A stretch of 64,000 bases of DNA, taken from a virus. The notes under the pieces are model-generated. The model had not been told where the DNA came from. It worked only from the letters and a program-made list of their open reading frames with translations, and did no database searches. The stretch lies in the IMG/VR virus record IMGVR_UViG_3300029982_000012; one strand, given 5' to 3'. Within the stretch, counting starts at the first letter, position 1. Every line of letters starts with the position of its first letter. Shown here in pieces: positions 40,573 through 50,399 of the stretch. Both the position numbers and the translations under genes were made by a program.

Positions 40573-41011
40573 TTTGTTGTGCGTATGGTCCTGTTTCTTG
40601 TGCGATCCTAGTAGGGTCTTCCATTATGTAAACTAAAAGGGTATTGGCGCTAGTATACACATACTGATTGTTCCCCGCAGATAAATAGGTCCATGCATTT
40701 GGAGGGCATGCTACTCCAACATTACCATTTGCATCTGTTGCACCGGCTGCTAAGGCGGTGATTGTAGAACTCCCAATAGTAACTGACCCCAAAGTACCGT
40801 TATTGTAAATTGCAAGATTTGCGCCAAGAAATGGAAGTGCCACTTTTGCAGAAGCATCAGTTGTATACCCACCAGCGATTTGGATTGGCAGAAGTCTAGG
40901 TCCAACCGTAAGCGATTTTTGTCCACCAGACGATGGATTGTATTCAACAACCTTAATTTGGTCTGGATCCTGTAAAGAATTGTTGTCTATTACCCGGTTA
41001 TTTTTTGCCAT
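40544..41011 (-). CDS. putative virion protein
   Basis: Late motif and GAGG SD upstream; beta-rich. Confidence 0.5.
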   Translation of the reverse strand: MAKNNRVIDNNSLQDPDQIKVVEYNPSSGGQKSLTVGPRLLPIQIAGGYTTDASAKVALPFLGANLAIYNNGTLGSVTIGSSTITALAAGATDANGNVGVACPPNAWTYLSAGNNQYVYTSANTLLVYIMEDPTRIAQETGPYAQQNANNTQPIS

Positions 41012-41053
41012 AAAAGTCCTCTATTGCTATATATCACTATAAGATTGCTAAGT

Positions 41054-42010
41054 TTAGTCCGTTCCAAGGTCATCTTCCGAAATGTTTACCATATCGACAC
41101 TAATGGACCCAGGGCCTGGTTTAATTGAATCCAGGGGCTCTTGGACTGCCCTATTTGGGGTTTTCGATTGGGATTGATTCTTGGGATCAGGTCTATTTTG
41201 AGAGTGGTAGACATACTCGCGTTGAATTATAGCGTAATAGGCCATTCTTTCGGGAACCCTAACGCCACCTTCAGTTACGTTACTCATTCTAACTTCTTTA
41301 GGGATTTCAACTACATAGTGGTATGCTTTATACAAATATCTTATTGAATAGACATTCCCTTTACCTGTTTTTGGATCAAAACCTGGATTCTTACCGCCAT
41401 CCATCCAATTAATACTACCATCACTACTTACGCAGTAATCAAGTCCTTGAGAATATTGATTATTTTTACTATCTATAATCGGAACTTCAAGTTGAATAAT
41501 TGGGAACATGGGGACATTTGGTCCAACTTCATATGTCATTTTTTGATAGTACGATACGCTTACATTGGCAACAGGATCAGAAACATAAAGCCTATCTCCA
41601 GGAGCTAAATATATCCTATTTCCATCATCGACTGGGGCTCCATTAACCTGCACTCCTACAGATTTCGCTTTATTGTAAAATCTTGGTAAAATTAATCTAC
41701 TAACGGATGGATCTACTATGCCGCCATCGGTTCTTGTTTTTTTAGTATCGTTTTCTACTTCACAAGCAGTAAATACCCCAGCACAAAAGTAAAGCATTCC
41801 ATTTGATGTCAATACATCAAGTCCATCACGTCTATAATCGCCACGATCCTTTAGGCCAATAGGAGAAGGCATAGCTTTCCAATGACTGTAGTCAATTCCT
41901 TGTCCTGTGACAAAGGCATCGTCGCTTATTAAACTGAATGAGGTTTCAACTAGAGGGCACCACGCATTGATGGCCTGAAGTTCTTCCCCTTTTGGGGTTC
42001 TATTGCTCAT
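41054..42010 (-). CDS. putative head closure / neck protein
   Basis: Position and YSIRY...YVVEIPKEVR pattern similar to SPO1-like neck proteins. Confidence 0.5.
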   Translation of the reverse strand: MSNRTPKGEELQAINAWCPLVETSFSLISDDAFVTGQGIDYSHWKAMPSPIGLKDRGDYRRDGLDVLTSNGMLYFCAGVFTACEVENDTKKTRTDGGIVDPSVSRLILPRFYNKAKSVGVQVNGAPVDDGNRIYLAPGDRLYVSDPVANVSVSYYQKMTYEVGPNVPMFPIIQLEVPIIDSKNNQYSQGLDYCVSSDGSINWMDGGKNPGFDPKTGKGNVYSIRYLYKAYHYVVEIPKEVRMSNVTEGGVRVPERMAYYAIIQREYVYHSQNRPDPKNQSQSKTPNRAVQEPLDSIKPGPGSISVDMVNISEDDLGTD

Positions 42011-42362
42011 TTACTTTCCTTAACAAGCCGTTACTTATTTCTTCTAATTTCTTATCTGTTTTGTCGTACATATTAACTAAATTTTTAACTATCTCATTTA
42101 CTTCGAAATTTTGTTTTATTTTTTCTAGATGTCTTTCCATCTTAAAACCTTCTAGATTATTATTTGCTTTAAACTTAAAGTCCAATTTGCAACTAGTTCC
42201 ACTACTGCAAAGCCTGTCCAATTCTTTTAAGAAAAATGGAATTTTAGAATCCATAGGGCTATAACTTACAAAAACCTCTTTAGCGCCAACGATCTGGCGT
42301 TCCAAAGGCTCATTTGGATCAAATTCATGTTCGTGATCACTACAAATAATTTTAACGCACAT
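42000..42362 (-). CDS. hypothetical protein
   Basis: Operon-coupled. Confidence 0.5.
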   Translation of the reverse strand: MCVKIICSDHEHEFDPNEPLERQIVGAKEVFVSYSPMDSKIPFFLKELDRLCSSGTSCKLDFKFKANNNLEGFKMERHLEKIKQNFEVNEIVKNLVNMYDKTDKKLEEISNGLLRKVNEQ

Positions 42363-42363
42363 A

Positions 42364-42858
42364 TTATAAGACCTTTACACCTTTCAACCCAGAACCTAGG
42401 GCTTTTTCGCTAACTGCGCCACTGATACCAGAAACGAACTCTTTTGGCAGCTTGTAAGCATCAATTACAAGTTGGTTATTTTTAATAGAAGAATTTATAG
42501 TAGCGACCTTAATGTTTAGTTTGGTAACATAAAAATCTACGCTATTACCTTCTTGTACAGAATAAATATCGTGTCCAGATTTACGGAGATCTTCTGTTAA
42601 AAAATGAGAATGACTTTCAGCGCTGAATTTCAAGCCTTCACTTTTCATAATTGGTGGATGATAGTTTGGAAATTTTTGTTCGATTGAATAGCAGAGAATC
42701 GCACGGTGAGAAGCCGCCCCAAGCACAGTATCTTGACCTTTATGGTCGGTCACTGTAGCTAAATTTAAGCCACCTTTAGTACACACCAATTTTACTTGAT
42801 TGCCGTCGATTGTTCCAAATGGTTCTGTAGAGGAGATATCATTTTCTGAGATTTTCAT
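42364..42858 (-). CDS. putative internal head protein (start MKISEND)
   Basis: ATG 1 nt after the upstream stop; IMKSE and LRKSG sites. Confidence 0.5.
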   Translation of the reverse strand: MKISENDISSTEPFGTIDGNQVKLVCTKGGLNLATVTDHKGQDTVLGAASHRAILCYSIEQKFPNYHPPIMKSEGLKFSAESHSHFLTEDLRKSGHDIYSVQEGNSVDFYVTKLNIKVATINSSIKNNQLVIDAYKLPKEFVSGISGAVSEKALGSGLKGVKVL

Positions 42859-42859
42859 A

Positions 42860-43984
42860 TTACTTTTCCTTACTGTACGCATCTCTAATCTTTTTGACAT
42901 AGGGATGATTTGAAATAGAATTTGCATTGTTCTTCTTGGTACCAGTTATACCTTGATTCCAAGCAAAAGCCGTTTGATCGGGGTTATTTTTAAAATTGTG
43001 CTCTATGTGGGCTAGATGACGATCTGCTATTATTTCTTCAAGACCTTTGTTATCCTGCATAAATCTGTGCAATTGAGGACCCTTTAATGTCAGGGCCTTC
43101 CCATATTTTGCTTGAAGGTCCTTGTGTCCCTTAATAGTATCTGTAATGGTGTTAGGCATTAAAGCCCATTTACCATAAGCCTGACCTTGAGAAGTAGGAG
43201 CGTGGTTTGTATTTTTCCCACCACTTGATTCTACTTGCATGATAGCATTTAGCATTTTTTTGTGATCGTAATTATTTTGATGGGCTTGCATGTCGGGAGA
43301 ATTTTTGATATTCGAAGTATGATTAGTGCCTCCAGCTAGCGCTGCTGCCATGCCCAATCCTATACCGACATTTTTTAGTGCGCCTTTTTCTAGGACTTGT
43401 TCGGACTTATTGACGGATAATTTTGCGGTATAGTCGCTCTGATCAGGAAATTGGGGTTCAGCACTATCTGATTGATGATGGTAGGTTTTTAGCCTCTTAG
43501 GACCCTTTTTCAATTCTGCATTACCAAATTCAATTCCTGCTTCCTTTGCGGTTTTAGCGCCAGAGGATTTAATTTTGTCATGCATATCTTTAGGAACACT
43601 GATATGGGGTGCCCATTCACGTTGTTCAGGAAGTCCCATATGTGCAAATTTACCATGATGCTCTTTCATTTTCTCTGCAGAATTACCTTTTAATGTAATG
43701 ACAAAAACATCCGATCCATTACGATCTTTAAATTGGTTTGGTTCTATCTGAGTATTTTTTGCATCAGGAGGATTCAATGGAAGGTGTTTGGCCATGTTAT
43801 GAATTTCGTGAGCGTGATCTTTATTTGCGTCGAATTCTTTGATGGTAGAATGGTATGGGATACCATTATCTGACCTACAATCTTGACCATTAATCTTTAC
43901 TGGATATAGTAAAATCAACCCTTTATTGGCTTGTTCAGCATATTGGGCAGGATTTTCAGATTTATTTATTAAATTACATTCCAT
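42860..43984 (-). CDS. 2H phosphoesterase (Acb1-like) - lytic transglycosylase fusion, putative internal virion protein
   Basis: PYHSTI and APHISV (two HxT/S motifs); AIMQVESSGG...AYGKWALMPNT...AWNQG (SLT motifs). Confidence 0.75.
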   Translation of the reverse strand: MECNLINKSENPAQYAEQANKGLILLYPVKINGQDCRSDNGIPYHSTIKEFDANKDHAHEIHNMAKHLPLNPPDAKNTQIEPNQFKDRNGSDVFVITLKGNSAEKMKEHHGKFAHMGLPEQREWAPHISVPKDMHDKIKSSGAKTAKEAGIEFGNAELKKGPKRLKTYHHQSDSAEPQFPDQSDYTAKLSVNKSEQVLEKGALKNVGIGLGMAAALAGGTNHTSNIKNSPDMQAHQNNYDHKKMLNAIMQVESSGGKNTNHAPTSQGQAYGKWALMPNTITDTIKGHKDLQAKYGKALTLKGPQLHRFMQDNKGLEEIIADRHLAHIEHNFKNNPDQTAFAWNQGITGTKKNNANSISNHPYVKKIRDAYSKEK

Positions 43985-43988
43985 AAAA

Positions 43989-44933
43989 TTAAATATTCGA
44001 TACCAAGAATTTAGTTGCAAAAGTAGCTTTTACTTTACCAACCAATTCCATTTTTTTCTTTTCTAATTGTTCGATGTAAGGAAGGTACATTCTAGGGCCA
44101 GGTCCAGAAGATGATTGGCTGATACCATCCCTACTCAATGACTGACTTGTAGTCAGAAACAGATTAGTGATCACAGAGAGCATATTAATGGCAGCAATGG
44201 TTCCCACTAAATCATTGATCACTGTAGGAAACTGACCTTCAATTTTTGAAACACCGGTCTGATAAACAATTTGCCAAAATCCAGGAACAAAAGTAAGTGA
44301 ACTAAAAACATTCAAATACGGAATACCACCGTAAGCACCAACTCCGCCGCCACTAGCAACAGAGTAGGCACCTAGAATTGGTACTACGTTAACAATACCT
44401 TTAGCAAAGTTACTAGGCTCAAGCCATTCAGGTGGAATTTTAAAAACCGCATACCCATCACTACTAACAATTTGAACGCTTTGTACAGCCAAGATAGGAT
44501 TTTGTTCTGTTTTTAAATAAATGAAACTTTTGTAGAGAGCGATATCGAATGGGACCTTATCAGTAAACTGTTCTCTGCTTAAAGTAATCTTACAAAGCAT
44601 TTCGACTTCATTAATAGCCAGACCAATTTGGTCTTTAACGTCTTCAGCACTGTAAGAATCACCATTTGGAAATGCCAAGGGAATCCCTTTGAGATAACGA
44701 GAAATCAATAATTGTGGAGTAAGAATAGGCTCACATCTACTCAATAGACCAGACGATTTACTCATGTGGACTGGATATGCAGCAGAATAGAATTGCTTAT
44801 CCTTATCGAAATTCGGAGGTTGAGGAGTGCCGTCTAATGGACCAGATGTAGGTTTAGGAACCGGCTCATAAGGAGCTTGTTGTTCTACATATGGTGGTCC
44901 TGGCTTAAATGGAGGATTACTCATTAGCAACAT
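43989..44933 (-). CDS. putative head-tail adaptor
   Basis: YLKGIPL...SQSLSRDGISQS pattern of SPO1-like connectors. Confidence 0.6.
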   Translation of the reverse strand: MLLMSNPPFKPGPPYVEQQAPYEPVPKPTSGPLDGTPQPPNFDKDKQFYSAAYPVHMSKSSGLLSRCEPILTPQLLISRYLKGIPLAFPNGDSYSAEDVKDQIGLAINEVEMLCKITLSREQFTDKVPFDIALYKSFIYLKTEQNPILAVQSVQIVSSDGYAVFKIPPEWLEPSNFAKGIVNVVPILGAYSVASGGGVGAYGGIPYLNVFSSLTFVPGFWQIVYQTGVSKIEGQFPTVINDLVGTIAAINMLSVITNLFLTTSQSLSRDGISQSSSGPGPRMYLPYIEQLEKKKMELVGKVKATFATKFLVSNI

Positions 44934-45397
44934 CCCTGATTGGTTTGTTCAACCGCTAACATATTTGTAACGGTCCAAGTCCAAGTATTTATGCCTTGAG
45001 TTAAAGTAAAGATAACGTTTCCGCTAGAAGGTCCATACCCAACATTTGCATATCCTGGAATATTAAAAGACCAAACAGAAGCATCATTGGGATCGGGGGT
45101 GCCTGTATAAGTAAGTGTTTTTCCAATGCTTAAACTAGGAAAAGTAATAGTCATGCTGATTGGCTGATTGCTCGTACCCACTCCTGCAATATATCGTTGG
45201 GGATAGTTTTGAATAGCAGCATTGAAGAAACCGCCATTTAGAGCAGAAAATGGAGCTTGGGTACTAGTAATATTATCTAAGTCAAATAGTTGATAATAAA
45301 GGGTATTCGGATCCGATGCCCTTATTGTCCACTGACTTGTTTCTTGGAAGTCATTGATATTGCTAAAGTTTATAATTGGTACGGAGGTCAATCTCAT
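44924..45397 (-). CDS. putative virion protein
   Basis: Late motif and GAGGT SD upstream. Confidence 0.5.
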   Translation of the reverse strand: MRLTSVPIINFSNINDFQETSQWTIRASDPNTLYYQLFDLDNITSTQAPFSALNGGFFNAAIQNYPQRYIAGVGTSNQPISMTITFPSLSIGKTLTYTGTPDPNDASVWSFNIPGYANVGYGPSSGNVIFTLTQGINTWTWTVTNMLAVEQTNQGCC

Positions 45398-45507
45398 TTT
45401 AAATACCTCAAAAAAAGTAGTTCTCTAACTTATAAGATTGCATAAAAAGCTTGAAAAAGACATTTTTCGTGTTATTATCTATTCTACAATCATAGAAGGA
45501 GATTTAA

Positions 45508-46131
45508 ATGCTTAAAGTAGAATTCGAAGGTACAGATGGCGCAGGAAAGACAACCGGCCTTAAATATTTCATTGAACAGGCCAAGAAACGTGGTTTTTCA
45601 GTAACCGAAACCCGCGAAGTGGGCAATCCGCATATTCCAGCATGTGTGAAAATGCGGGAATTAGTTCTTGACCCAAATAGTAACCTAAGCGGCGAAGCAA
45701 TGGAGCTTGTTTTTTCCGCAATGCGATTCGAAAATGATCGATGGTTAAAAACGGTAAATTCACAGTTAGTCGTATCTGATCGTGGATGGTTGAGTCATCT
45801 TGCCTATACCGATCATAATGTGGACGAAGATTTTACTAAGAATCTTTATGAGCGTTTTGTAGGACTTGAAACCCAGTTACCCGGCGCAGTTATTTATTTT
45901 GATGTTAGTACAGATACAGCCCTTAAGCGTCGCAATAATCGTGGCACTTCCGATGTTATTGAGATGAAAGGTGTACCTTTTCAAGAGAAAGTTCGATCTT
46001 CTTTCGAAAAACATCTTAATCAATATGGACAGTTCATGAAAGTATTTCGAGTTAATGCGAATGGTACTATTGACGAAGTACGACAAGAACTAGACGGTAT
46101 TCTAGATAAGATCGCAACACTACCCCTATAA
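45508..46131 (+). CDS. tmk: thymidylate kinase
   Basis: FEGTDGAGKTT P-loop, TRE, VVSDR. Confidence 0.95.
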   Translation: MLKVEFEGTDGAGKTTGLKYFIEQAKKRGFSVTETREVGNPHIPACVKMRELVLDPNSNLSGEAMELVFSAMRFENDRWLKTVNSQLVVSDRGWLSHLAYTDHNVDEDFTKNLYERFVGLETQLPGAVIYFDVSTDTALKRRNNRGTSDVIEMKGVPFQEKVRSSFEKHLNQYGQFMKVFRVNANGTIDEVRQELDGILDKIATLPL

Positions 46132-46659
46132 GACTTTTCTACTTTTATGACGATTTTCGGATCTAGTAATAACTCTTAGATTCCAAGGTACATGAAGACC
46201 TTTTCTGTCTTTGCCCATAACAGGTTCTATATGATCGACTTCATGTGGTATTCCGGTACTTTGTGTTAACTTTGCAGCTTCTATATAAAAAATCTCTATT
46301 TGGGTCCAATGATCTTCTGTCAACCATTTAGGTGTAGCGGCTCTTTTTTGGGCACGTCTCCTAGCAGTCTTTGCGTTAGATTTTCCTGGATTATTTTTCC
46401 TGTATTCCTGATCGTATATTTTTAATTTTTCTTTCCTTCTTAATGTCTGAACTGCACGTTTTTGTGATGCTAACACAGGATCTTTTTCTTTTTTTGCTCT
46501 TCTTCTTAAACGGATCTTTTCTAGGTTTTCTTTTTGCCATTCCCTTGAATCGGAGTTATGACATTTTTTACAGATAGCTCTAAGTCCATCTTTACCAAAT
46601 TTGGCTTTTCCAAAATCTTTGAATTCTTTATTTTCTTTACAAGCAGTACAGGCCTTCAT
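46126..46659 (-). CDS. HNH homing endonuclease
   Basis: ATPKWLT...HEVDHIEP...GLHVPWNLRVITRSEN. Confidence 0.9.
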   Translation of the reverse strand: MKACTACKENKEFKDFGKAKFGKDGLRAICKKCHNSDSREWQKENLEKIRLRRRAKKEKDPVLASQKRAVQTLRRKEKLKIYDQEYRKNNPGKSNAKTARRRAQKRAATPKWLTEDHWTQIEIFYIEAAKLTQSTGIPHEVDHIEPVMGKDRKGLHVPWNLRVITRSENRHKSRKVL

Positions 46660-46707
46660 ATATATAAGATTATCTCACCCATATACAAAAGTCAATAGAA
46701 AACGAAC

Positions 46708-46742
46708 ACAAAAAAGCCCCCATAGAATTAACTATGGAGGCC
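46708..46742 (-). terminator. intrinsic terminator after major capsid gene
   Basis: CCATAG/CTATGG stem then GGGCTTTTTTG on the minus strand. Confidence 0.75.
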
Positions 46743-46766
46743 CTTTAAATCAATGATGTTTAAGTC

Positions 46767-48170
46767 TTAGGTGAAAAGTTGTCCTTGAAGATTTTCAACG
46801 ATAGCGTTCTTACGTGGAGCTTCTACTGCGAGAGTAGTCCAACGATAGAAAGCGTTATTGATTGACAATTGACTAATACCTAATTGGATTTTTTTGAATC
46901 CGCTTAGCTCACCTAAATGCATCGTGTCTTTTTGAATCAAGAAACCGGTTAAAGCACCTGGAGCCAAGTTACCAAGGTCGGTGAAAGTAGCACCGCTTGG
47001 AAGAGCAAGAATATTACCGATAAAGAGTGGTCCTGGAGCAACGTTTGCAGCCACACCAGCAGCAGTACGATAAACGCGGTAGTAAAGAGCACCGGCAACT
47101 GCACCGATAGCAACTGATACTTTATTTCCAGCGAGAGCAGGAGTAACAGTTGTTACAGCAGAAGTTGGGCCTTCGCCGAAAGCGTTAACTGCAGCAGCTT
47201 GGTAGCTATAAGCAGCAGCTTGGAGGAGTGATCCAGCAGCGCCACCGTCAGTAGCAGTTGCTGTTGGAGCAGCAGGAGCGCCTACGATAGATTGGTTGAT
47301 AGGGCTAATTTGCTTACGCAAGTACTGAGACATTTCCATGGTGATTGCACCGCTAGAAGTCCATTGAGTACGTAAGTGAGAACCAGTAGCTTCTTGTGGG
47401 CTACCAGCAAGAACGATACGTTCTTTAGCTTGGCTAATTTTGTTGTAAGCAGAGAGAGAAGAAGGATCAAGCATAAGTTTGTCAGCGCGACCCATGTTAA
47501 GGGCAGAACGAACTGAAATATCTTCAATCAATGATTGGGTGAGGGCTGCGCCACCTGCAGAGAACACTACAGTTGCACTTGAACCGTATGATGCGAACAT
47601 GAGATCTTGTCCATTGCGCTCATAGTCAGAAGCACGAACTTGAAGATCAACACCGCGCATATTTGGCAATGCAGGTACTAACGCTGGGTTACCATCGAAA
47701 ACACCTTGGTTAGAGAAATCTGAGTTACCTGCGAAAAGGTCGAACTCGATATCTTGAGCCAAGTTAAGAGCTGCGTCTTGTGCTTGGCGCTCTTCAGCAG
47801 AAACTTTATCGAAAGTTTCAACTGCGTTAGCTACCAGTGAATGCTCACGAGTATCAACGTAGTAAGCCATTGGAATTACGAGACGAGCTGCTTGACCAGT
47901 CTTTTTGGCTCCGAGCATACCTTCGTATGCAGCAGATCCACCGAAACGACCTACAGACAACTTGCGGTTGTACTGATAAAGGTTGCTTTTTGCAGGACGA
48001 CTGTCCAACATTTTTTGCAATTTGATGGTTTCTTCAGCAGCAGTCACGTTTACCATAACTGGCGCTAAATCTTCGATTTGGTAAGCTGCACCTTGTACTA
48101 AAGTACTAGGGGCTGCATTATAACTGCCTGCTTCCAATGCTTTCATGAGGCCCTGAAGTTGTTCTAACAT
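46767..48170 (-). CDS. major capsid protein
   Basis: 467 aa, strongly biased codons, MKALEAG...GAAYQIEDL N-arm like Herelleviridae MCPs, strong terminator. Confidence 0.9.
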   Translation of the reverse strand: MLEQLQGLMKALEAGSYNAAPSTLVQGAAYQIEDLAPVMVNVTAAEETIKLQKMLDSRPAKSNLYQYNRKLSVGRFGGSAAYEGMLGAKKTGQAARLVIPMAYYVDTREHSLVANAVETFDKVSAEERQAQDAALNLAQDIEFDLFAGNSDFSNQGVFDGNPALVPALPNMRGVDLQVRASDYERNGQDLMFASYGSSATVVFSAGGAALTQSLIEDISVRSALNMGRADKLMLDPSSLSAYNKISQAKERIVLAGSPQEATGSHLRTQWTSSGAITMEMSQYLRKQISPINQSIVGAPAAPTATATDGGAAGSLLQAAAYSYQAAAVNAFGEGPTSAVTTVTPALAGNKVSVAIGAVAGALYYRVYRTAAGVAANVAPGPLFIGNILALPSGATFTDLGNLAPGALTGFLIQKDTMHLGELSGFKKIQLGISQLSINNAFYRWTTLAVEAPRKNAIVENLQGQLFT

Positions 48171-48205
48171 TTTGTTTCTCCTTGTTTCCTAAATTTTACC
48201 CCTGC

Positions 48206-49204
48206 TTACTTAAGCAGATGGCTAACCTTTTCAATGTTTTTTGTAAAGTAGTAGCTGTTAATGGCATCTCTATCTGACTTAGAAAGAGACTGATCTTTCG
48301 CTTTAGCTAGAAGCTTGGAATCAATTTCACTCTTAGAAAGTGGCTTTTCCTTCGTCATGCTTTCGGTTTTAGCGATAACATCCAACGAAGTGATTGCTTT
48401 TCCTGCAGGAGCCGCTTTCTTTACAAATTCTTTTAAGAAAGTTTCTACTGCGTCTAAGTTCTTTTTAGTGGCTTCCGCTTCAGCTTTAGCAGCCTGAAGT
48501 TCTGATTTTAAAATCTGAACTTCTTTAACTGAAGTGGTGTCAACTTCTAGAAATTTTTCAGATTTCTCTAAAGCTTGAGTTCCGCTTGCAGGAGCCGTTT
48601 TTTTGCTAGTTGCTTCACCATCATGAGGACCACCATTAGGGCGATATTCGCCTTCTTTGCTGTCTTCCATTTCGGCTTTTGCCATTTCATTTTCGCTCAT
48701 CGACATAGCCATTCCGTCCATACATTTACGGATACAATCGTGGTGAGCCTTTAATTCAGATCTAGGCATTGAGCTATACATAGAATGCATATGCGCCATG
48801 TCTTCATCGTCGTAACCATGATCTTCACCTTGAGCAGGATTCGCACCAGCTTGTTGTTGATGTTGATCTTTAATGCCTTTATCTGCGTGGCTTTCGCCTT
48901 CCATCGGTTTTCCAGATTTATCCGCAGAAGCTTCTTTTTTGGCATCATTGCCTTCTTGCTTTTGATCTGCAGAAGCATTGCGGTTATCGTCTGATTTTCC
49001 GCCTTCTTTATTTTCACTAGCGCTAGTTTTTTCGTCTTTAGCGCTATTTTTCTTGTCATCGGCCATGCCGTTGATTTTCTTGTCTTTAGGCTGCTCGTCT
49101 TCGTTTTTGGATAAACCCAAAGACTGTTCAGCTTTAGCTAAATGAGATGTAAATTCTTTCGTTACATCCTCAATTAGGCTGCTAAGTTCTTTTTCAGTAT
49201 ACAT
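48206..49204 (-). CDS. putative scaffolding protein
   Basis: Charged, low complexity, directly upstream of MCP, many xxKS/A-E sites. Confidence 0.7.
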   Translation of the reverse strand: MYTEKELSSLIEDVTKEFTSHLAKAEQSLGLSKNEDEQPKDKKINGMADDKKNSAKDEKTSASENKEGGKSDDNRNASADQKQEGNDAKKEASADKSGKPMEGESHADKGIKDQHQQQAGANPAQGEDHGYDDEDMAHMHSMYSSMPRSELKAHHDCIRKCMDGMAMSMSENEMAKAEMEDSKEGEYRPNGGPHDGEATSKKTAPASGTQALEKSEKFLEVDTTSVKEVQILKSELQAAKAEAEATKKNLDAVETFLKEFVKKAAPAGKAITSLDVIAKTESMTKEKPLSKSEIDSKLLAKAKDQSLSKSDRDAINSYYFTKNIEKVSHLLK

Positions 49205-49234
49205 AGTTGTAGTCTCCTCTTTCTATGTCTACTA

Positions 49235-49702
49235 TTAGGTGTTACCTTTGAAGCCCCAGTCAAGGTCCTTAATAGTTTGAACAGGAGAAGCTGCATTCAC
49301 AGCCGCTTCCGTAACAGCAGTTCCGTTAGCAATAGCATATTCAGAAACAACGCAACCAGTGCGAGCGATCTCGAATAAACAAGTTGAAAAATCTGCAGTA
49401 GAAGGAATTGGAGCACCAGCACCGTTTAATTCGTAAGCTACTTGAGCGAGGGTTGGAGTGAATGGGAGGGTTGAATTTCCGAAAATGTCTTTAGCACCAA
49501 CATCGATGTTCATCAAACGAATCCAAACTACTGGATTACTTTCAGTAGCAACTCCGTTATGGGAAGCGATGATGATAGGGTATCCGTTTTCATCTTGTGA
49601 TTGGGCGATAGTATTGATCGTTGAGCTATTGCTGAAACGAAGGGAAAGGCGGTCTGCTAAGTCTCTTGCGATGCCAACACTGTGATCGACTGAATAGAGC
49701 AT
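49235..49702 (-). CDS. putative capsid decoration/structural protein
   Basis: Biased codons, AAGGAG SD, first gene of the MCP transcription unit. Confidence 0.5.
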   Translation of the reverse strand: MLYSVDHSVGIARDLADRLSLRFSNSSTINTIAQSQDENGYPIIIASHNGVATESNPVVWIRLMNIDVGAKDIFGNSTLPFTPTLAQVAYELNGAGAPIPSTADFSTCLFEIARTGCVVSEYAIANGTAVTEAAVNAASPVQTIKDLDWGFKGNT

Positions 49703-49878
49703 GGTATGTTCTCCTTAAAAATTTTGTCCTTAGACATATAAGCCATTTAAATGGCCAACTAGTTGTTTACATAGATAAGTATTAGGTCATTTTAAAATAA
49801 TTCAATAAAATCAACGATATAACATGTAACACTACTACTTGCATTTTGGGTATTGATCATGCTATAATCTTATAGTAT

Positions 49879-50379
49879 ATGAAAAATTGCACCAATTCCC
49901 TATGTGAACAAGAAAATCCTCAATCTTTTGATAGTTTCTATAAAAAGAAAAACGGGAAATTTGGTCTTTTGGGAAGATGTAAAAAATGTGCCAATAAACA
50001 GACAGATGCTTGGGTTGCTAAAAACAAACAAAAGAAACGCGAATCCGCAAAAAGATGGATAGATGGAAATAAAGAAAAGCACTTAAAAAATAGCAGAAAT
50101 TGGTCCAAAAACAACCCAGGCAAAAGAAATGCGCAAACCATGAGACGAATTGCCGCCAAGAAACAAGCCACACCACCATGGCTAACACATGAACAACATA
50201 AGGAAATAGAAATTATTTACATTAAGTCCTCTACCCTAACACAAGAAACGGGAATACCCCATGAAGTCGATCATATACTTCCTTTACAGGGTAAAGAAGT
50301 ACGAGGTCTACACGTACCTTGGAATCTTCAAATAGTGACCAGATCTACAAACAGAAAGAAAAATAATGCCATAATATAA
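49879..50379 (+). CDS. HNH homing endonuclease
   Basis: ATPPWLT...HEVDHILPLQG...GLHVPWNLQIV. Confidence 0.9.
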   Translation: MKNCTNSLCEQENPQSFDSFYKKKNGKFGLLGRCKKCANKQTDAWVAKNKQKKRESAKRWIDGNKEKHLKNSRNWSKNNPGKRNAQTMRRIAAKKQATPPWLTHEQHKEIEIIYIKSSTLTQETGIPHEVDHILPLQGKEVRGLHVPWNLQIVTRSTNRKKNNAII

Positions 50380-50385
50380 ATGGCT

Positions 50386-50393
50386 CAATCTTA
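50386..50393 (+). promoter_or_regulatory. phage late-promoter motif CAATCTTA (representative of ~14 copies)
   Basis: Recurs upstream of structural, HNH and lysis genes on the coding strand. Confidence 0.7.
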
Positions 50394-50399
50394 AGGTAT

